64,000 nt of DNA, taken from contig CAYVCD010000001.1 of assembly GCA_964450115.1 (NCBI GenBank), positions 8,410 to 72,409 on the forward strand, written 5' to 3'. Numbering within the stretch: position 1 is the stretch's first letter; each line of letters opens with the position of its first letter. Source of the DNA: an uncultured Planctomycetia bacterium. GTDB taxonomy: Bacteria > Omnitrophota > Gorgyraeia > 2-01-FULL-45-10. Under the pieces are notes generated by a model that was given only the letters and a program-made list of their open reading frames with translations, had not been told where the DNA came from and made no database searches. Positions 61,035 through 64,000 of this stretch are shown in pieces. The translations under genes were made by a program, and so were the position numbers.

Positions 61035-61655
61035 ATGCAAAATCATAGAGAGCTCCTGAAAGAATACAAAGCAAAAAAAAGCCCAATAAGAGAGAGGCTG
61101 CGAGAATTTAAAAAGGTGGGCTGTGGCAGCGACAAAGATATATTCACTGAGCTATGCTTCTGCATATTGACGCCCCAATCGAATGCCCGTCAATGTGATA
61201 AGGCCATTCGTGAGCTTAAGAAGAAAGGGTTGCTTTTTAAGGCTCCTGCTGGCGCGATAAGACCCGTCTTAAAGGGCAGGTCGAGATTTCATAATAAGAA
61301 GGCCGAATATCTGGTGAACGCGCGCCGGTCTTTTGACAGGAGCATCCTCTCATCCGGAAAGATCCTCGATGTTCGTAAAAAGATAGTGGAGAATATAAAG
61401 GGTATCGGATATAAAGAGGCCAGCCACTTTTTAAGGAATATCGGTCTTGGCAAGGATATCGCGATACTCGACAGGCATATACTTAGGAATTTGAAGAGAT
61501 ACGGCGCGATAAAGAGAGTGCCGGCATCCATCTCCGTGAAGTCTTACCTCGATATAGAGGAGAGGGCGCGCATTTTCGCCAGATCTATTGGCCTGGGGCT
61601 CGAGGAGCTGGACCTCTTATTCTGGTCACGGGAGACCGGTGAGATATTCAAGTGA
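61035..61655 (+). CDS. N-glycosylase/DNA lyase of the archaeal-type Ogg (8-oxoguanine glycosylase) HhH family
   Basis: …CFCILTPQSNARQCDKA… HhH-GPD-like IKGIGYKEASHFLRNIG…DRHI. Confidence 0.55.
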   Translation: MQNHRELLKEYKAKKSPIRERLREFKKVGCGSDKDIFTELCFCILTPQSNARQCDKAIRELKKKGLLFKAPAGAIRPVLKGRSRFHNKKAEYLVNARRSFDRSILSSGKILDVRKKIVENIKGIGYKEASHFLRNIGLGKDIAILDRHILRNLKRYGAIKRVPASISVKSYLDIEERARIFARSIGLGLEELDLLFWSRETGEIFK

Positions 61656-61673
61656 TGTTTGAATAGAATATTC

Positions 61674-61703
61674 TTGACAGGAAATCCGATAAGGGATTAT
61701 AAT
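61674..61703 (+). promoter_or_regulatory. putative sigma70 promoter (TTGACA –17– TTATAAT)
   Basis: Hexamers at 61674–61679 and 61698–61703, upstream of the lipoprotein gene. AAGGAGGAG RBS. Confidence 0.4.
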
Positions 61704-61742
61704 TCGGAATTGGTAATTACAAACGAAAAAAAGGAGGAGTAG

Positions 61743-62207
61743 ATGAAGAGAAGCACGATGTTGGTTTTTGCAGTTGCTTTAACGGTAATGTCGCTTGCCG
61801 TGGTCGGCTGTAAAGGTAAAGTCGACAAGGAAGCCGAGATGGCCAGGCTTGAGACGACCGAAGCGATGACCCCAGTAGAGGATGTTGTAGTTACGCAGTC
61901 GCCGGTGACAGAATCTTCGTCAACACAAGCCATAAGCCAGGAGACTATCCCTCCGACAGCGGCGGTCCCCCCGGTGGTCGATACTATGACGGCGTCGGGA
62001 CTTGATAAGCTATCCAAGAACAAAGATATACAGACAGCTCTTAAGGCCGCCAACTTTTATACCGGCACTATCGACGGCAAGATAGGCCCGAAAACGAAGA
62101 GAGCAATAGTGGAGTTCCAGAAAGCAAAAGGCTTGAAGCCGGACGGAAGGGTCGGCCCGAAGACCTGGGCGGAGCTCGAAAAATACTTAACTACTCAGCA
62201 GCAGTAG
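61743..62207 (+). CDS. lipoprotein with C-terminal peptidoglycan-binding domain (PG_binding_1)
   Basis: Lipobox LAVVGC. C-terminus ALKAANFYTGTIDGKIGPKTKRAIVEFQKAKGLKPDGRVGPKTWAEL. Confidence 0.65.
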   Translation: MKRSTMLVFAVALTVMSLAVVGCKGKVDKEAEMARLETTEAMTPVEDVVVTQSPVTESSSTQAISQETIPPTAAVPPVVDTMTASGLDKLSKNKDIQTALKAANFYTGTIDGKIGPKTKRAIVEFQKAKGLKPDGRVGPKTWAELEKYLTTQQQ

Positions 62208-62256
62208 AACCCTTCGACAAAAGCTCAGGGTTCTATCCCGAGCTAAGTCGAGGGAT
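62207..62256 (+). terminator. tandem hairpins after the lipoprotein gene (AGAACCCT…AGGGTTCT; ATCCC…GGGAT), terminator-like but without a clear U-tract
   Basis: 8-bp and 5-bp stems immediately 3' of the stop. Confidence 0.25.
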
Positions 62257-62277
62257 AGCAAGGGGGAGTATATCTTT

Positions 62278-62637
62278 ATGAAATTATTGAAGTTAACATC
62301 ACTCGTCGTTCTTATAGCGGTCCTTTCGCTTTCGCTCACAGGATGCGGTGTCTCCAAGAATAAGTACGAGGCGCTTCTTAACGAGAAGATGGCGCTTGAG
62401 GAGAAGGTGAATCTGCTGATCAGGTCTAGAGACGCCTTAAGAAGCGAATACGAGAGCCTCTTAAAAGATAAGATGGACCTGGCATCAAAGGTAGAGACCC
62501 TAACCAATGAGAAGAGCGCGCTTAAGGGTGAATATGACAAGATCCTTGATGAGAAGGTCACCTTGAAGGCAGCCTATGATAAGGTATCTCAGGCCCAAGA
62601 GATCAAAGCGGCGCCGGCCAAGGTTGTAAAAAAATAG
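62278..62637 (+). CDS. coiled-coil lipoprotein
   Basis: Lipobox LSLTGC followed by heptad-repeat sequence. Confidence 0.5.
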   Translation: MKLLKLTSLVVLIAVLSLSLTGCGVSKNKYEALLNEKMALEEKVNLLIRSRDALRSEYESLLKDKMDLASKVETLTNEKSALKGEYDKILDEKVTLKAAYDKVSQAQEIKAAPAKVVKK

Positions 62638-62707
62638 ATACGCATAACGTTGACATTACTATTGTGTTTATGTTAACATCTATTAGTAACGCTCAAGGAG
62701 GTGTGGA

Positions 62708-63172
62708 ATGAAGAGATATTTTGTTTGCATATTGGTTATCCTTGCAGTAATGGTTCTGCCGGCCATGTCGGCATTTTCTCAAGGCCCCGAGGCTCCCGGC
62801 AAAGACGACACAGCTCCGGCTCCCGCAGCGCAAGTAGTAGCGGTTCAAGCCCCTCCGGCTGCCCCTGCCGAACCGGCTGCTAAAACAAGCGAACTTTCCA
62901 TTTATGGTGAAGTTCAGGCAGTAAACGCACCCGCTTCCTCTATTTCGGTACAGTATTACGACTACGACAACGACGAAGAGAAGACGCTGGAAGTATCGCT
63001 CGATAAAGATTCTCGGCTGGAAAACGTAAAAGCGATCGGCGAAGTGAAGAAGGGCGATTGGGTGGATGTTACTTACACCGTGACCGGCGGCAAGAATATG
63101 GCTAAGATGGTTAGCGTTGAGGTCGAAGAGCCAGCCGCGGAAGAGAATGCTCCGGTAGAAACTGCTGAATAG
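62708..63172 (+). CDS. secreted Ala/Pro-rich protein of unknown function
   Basis: Signal peptide MKRYFVCILVILAVMVLPAMSAFS. AP-rich linker. C-terminal ~90-aa domain. Possible TTGACA–18–TAACAT promoter at 62650–62679. GGAGG RBS. Confidence 0.5.
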   Translation: MKRYFVCILVILAVMVLPAMSAFSQGPEAPGKDDTAPAPAAQVVAVQAPPAAPAEPAAKTSELSIYGEVQAVNAPASSISVQYYDYDNDEEKTLEVSLDKDSRLENVKAIGEVKKGDWVDVTYTVTGGKNMAKMVSVEVEEPAAEENAPVETAE

Positions 63173-63192
63173 CAGCAACATAAGGAGTCCGC

Positions 63193-63999
63193 TTGCGTAC
63201 AAAAGAGATGAGGCGATTTAATTTTCCTCAAGGCTACGGCGATCAAAAGATCGTCATATTGGTGCGCGATCCGTGGTGGATATTTGCCTACTGGGAGATA
63301 CGCCCGGAAAGAGAAAAAGAGATAATAGGCAAGATAAAGTCGGACGGCGATTTGCCGGTCAAGACGATCCTGCGTGTATACGACGTAACTGATATAAATT
63401 TCAACGGAAAGAACGCCCACTCCTATTTCGACATAGAATTAAAAGGCCTCGCCAGCACCTGGTATATCAACGTAGGCTCTCCGGATAAATCCTGGATAGT
63501 AGATATAGGCATAGTCACTAAAAAAGGTTCCTTCTATCTCCTCGCCAGATCCAATACTATAAAGACCCCCAGATACGGTATGTCCGATAAGCTGGATACC
63601 GAATGGATGATGCCTGAAGACGACTACTGGAAGATGTTCGGTCTCTCCGGAGGGTTCGGTGTGGGCAAGGGTTCTTTGGAAGTGAGAGAGATGGTGAAGA
63701 AGAGGCTCGAGGAGCAGATCACCTCCGCTCAAATATCGAGCGGCGCCTCGTTTTACAGAAAGTTGCAGGAGAGGTCGTTCTGGTTGGTCGTCAATACGGA
63801 GCTGATAGTATACGGGGCGACCGAGCCCGACGCTAAACTTACCGTGCAGGGCAAGGAGATAAAGTTACAGCCGGACGGAACGTTCACATTAAGGTTCGCT
63901 TTGCCGGACGGAAAGCAGGTCATACCGGTCGAAGCTACCTCCTCGGATGGTATTGACCGCCGTAAGATCACGCCTATAGTTACGAGAAAGACGGAATAG
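63193..63999 (+). CDS. DUF4912-like protein
   Basis: …KIVILVRDPWWIFAYWEIRPE… resembles the DUF4912 N-terminal signature. TTG start with AAGGAG RBS 5 nt upstream. Confidence 0.4.
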   Translation: MRTKEMRRFNFPQGYGDQKIVILVRDPWWIFAYWEIRPEREKEIIGKIKSDGDLPVKTILRVYDVTDINFNGKNAHSYFDIELKGLASTWYINVGSPDKSWIVDIGIVTKKGSFYLLARSNTIKTPRYGMSDKLDTEWMMPEDDYWKMFGLSGGFGVGKGSLEVREMVKKRLEEQITSAQISSGASFYRKLQERSFWLVVNTELIVYGATEPDAKLTVQGKEIKLQPDGTFTLRFALPDGKQVIPVEATSSDGIDRRKITPIVTRKTE

Positions 64000-64000
64000 C

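Overview
The window is a gene-dense stretch in which every confident gene is on the + strand. The content points to an uncultivated anaerobic bacterium, with rubredoxin, superoxide reductase, a flavodiiron protein and Hcp present, and a giant gene that suggests Omnitrophota or a PVC-like lineage, though this is inference.

Content in order:
(1) The 3' end of an RND efflux permease, then greA, an rRNA methyltransferase, an aspartic protease, a thioesterase, a macro–NUDIX fusion and an SF2 helicase.
(2) Two copies of a 335-bp repeat with terminal inverted repeats, each preceded by a different ~200-bp palindromic element, and three sites carrying REP-like hairpins, two of them as inverted doublets.
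(3) A large co-directional cluster from about 9.6 to 45 kb. It holds two paralogous secretin modules, each with a short MerR/BldC-like HTH gene and a conserved upstream motif, and an ExeA/GspA ATPase with a GspB/PilP-like partner. Also present are TPR lipoproteins, a RAYT-like (IS200-type Y1) transposase-domain protein fused to a membrane coiled-coil tail, and a 4250-aa giant beta-propeller/Ig-repeat surface protein. These are followed by a secreted HExxH protein, an atypical F-type ATPase operon (epsilon–c–b/delta–alpha–gamma–beta, with no a-subunit gene) whose last gene overlaps gspE, and then gspE, gspF, a gspL-like gene (pilM/pilN fusion type), a gspM-like gene, three minor pseudopilins and gspG.
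(4) A stand-alone TrpB2, then two paralogous large membrane proteins of unknown family.
(5) An Rrf2-led oxygen/nitrosative-stress detoxification island: Fe-S protein, Hcp, Nfu, rubredoxin, ferredoxin, flavin reductase, flavodiiron protein, ferritin-like protein, superoxide reductase, glutaredoxin and thioredoxin reductase.
(6) An Ogg-type glycosylase and several lipoprotein or secreted proteins.

No rRNA, tRNA or CRISPR array was seen. Nearly all minus-strand ORFs in the track look like antisense shadows of + strand genes.
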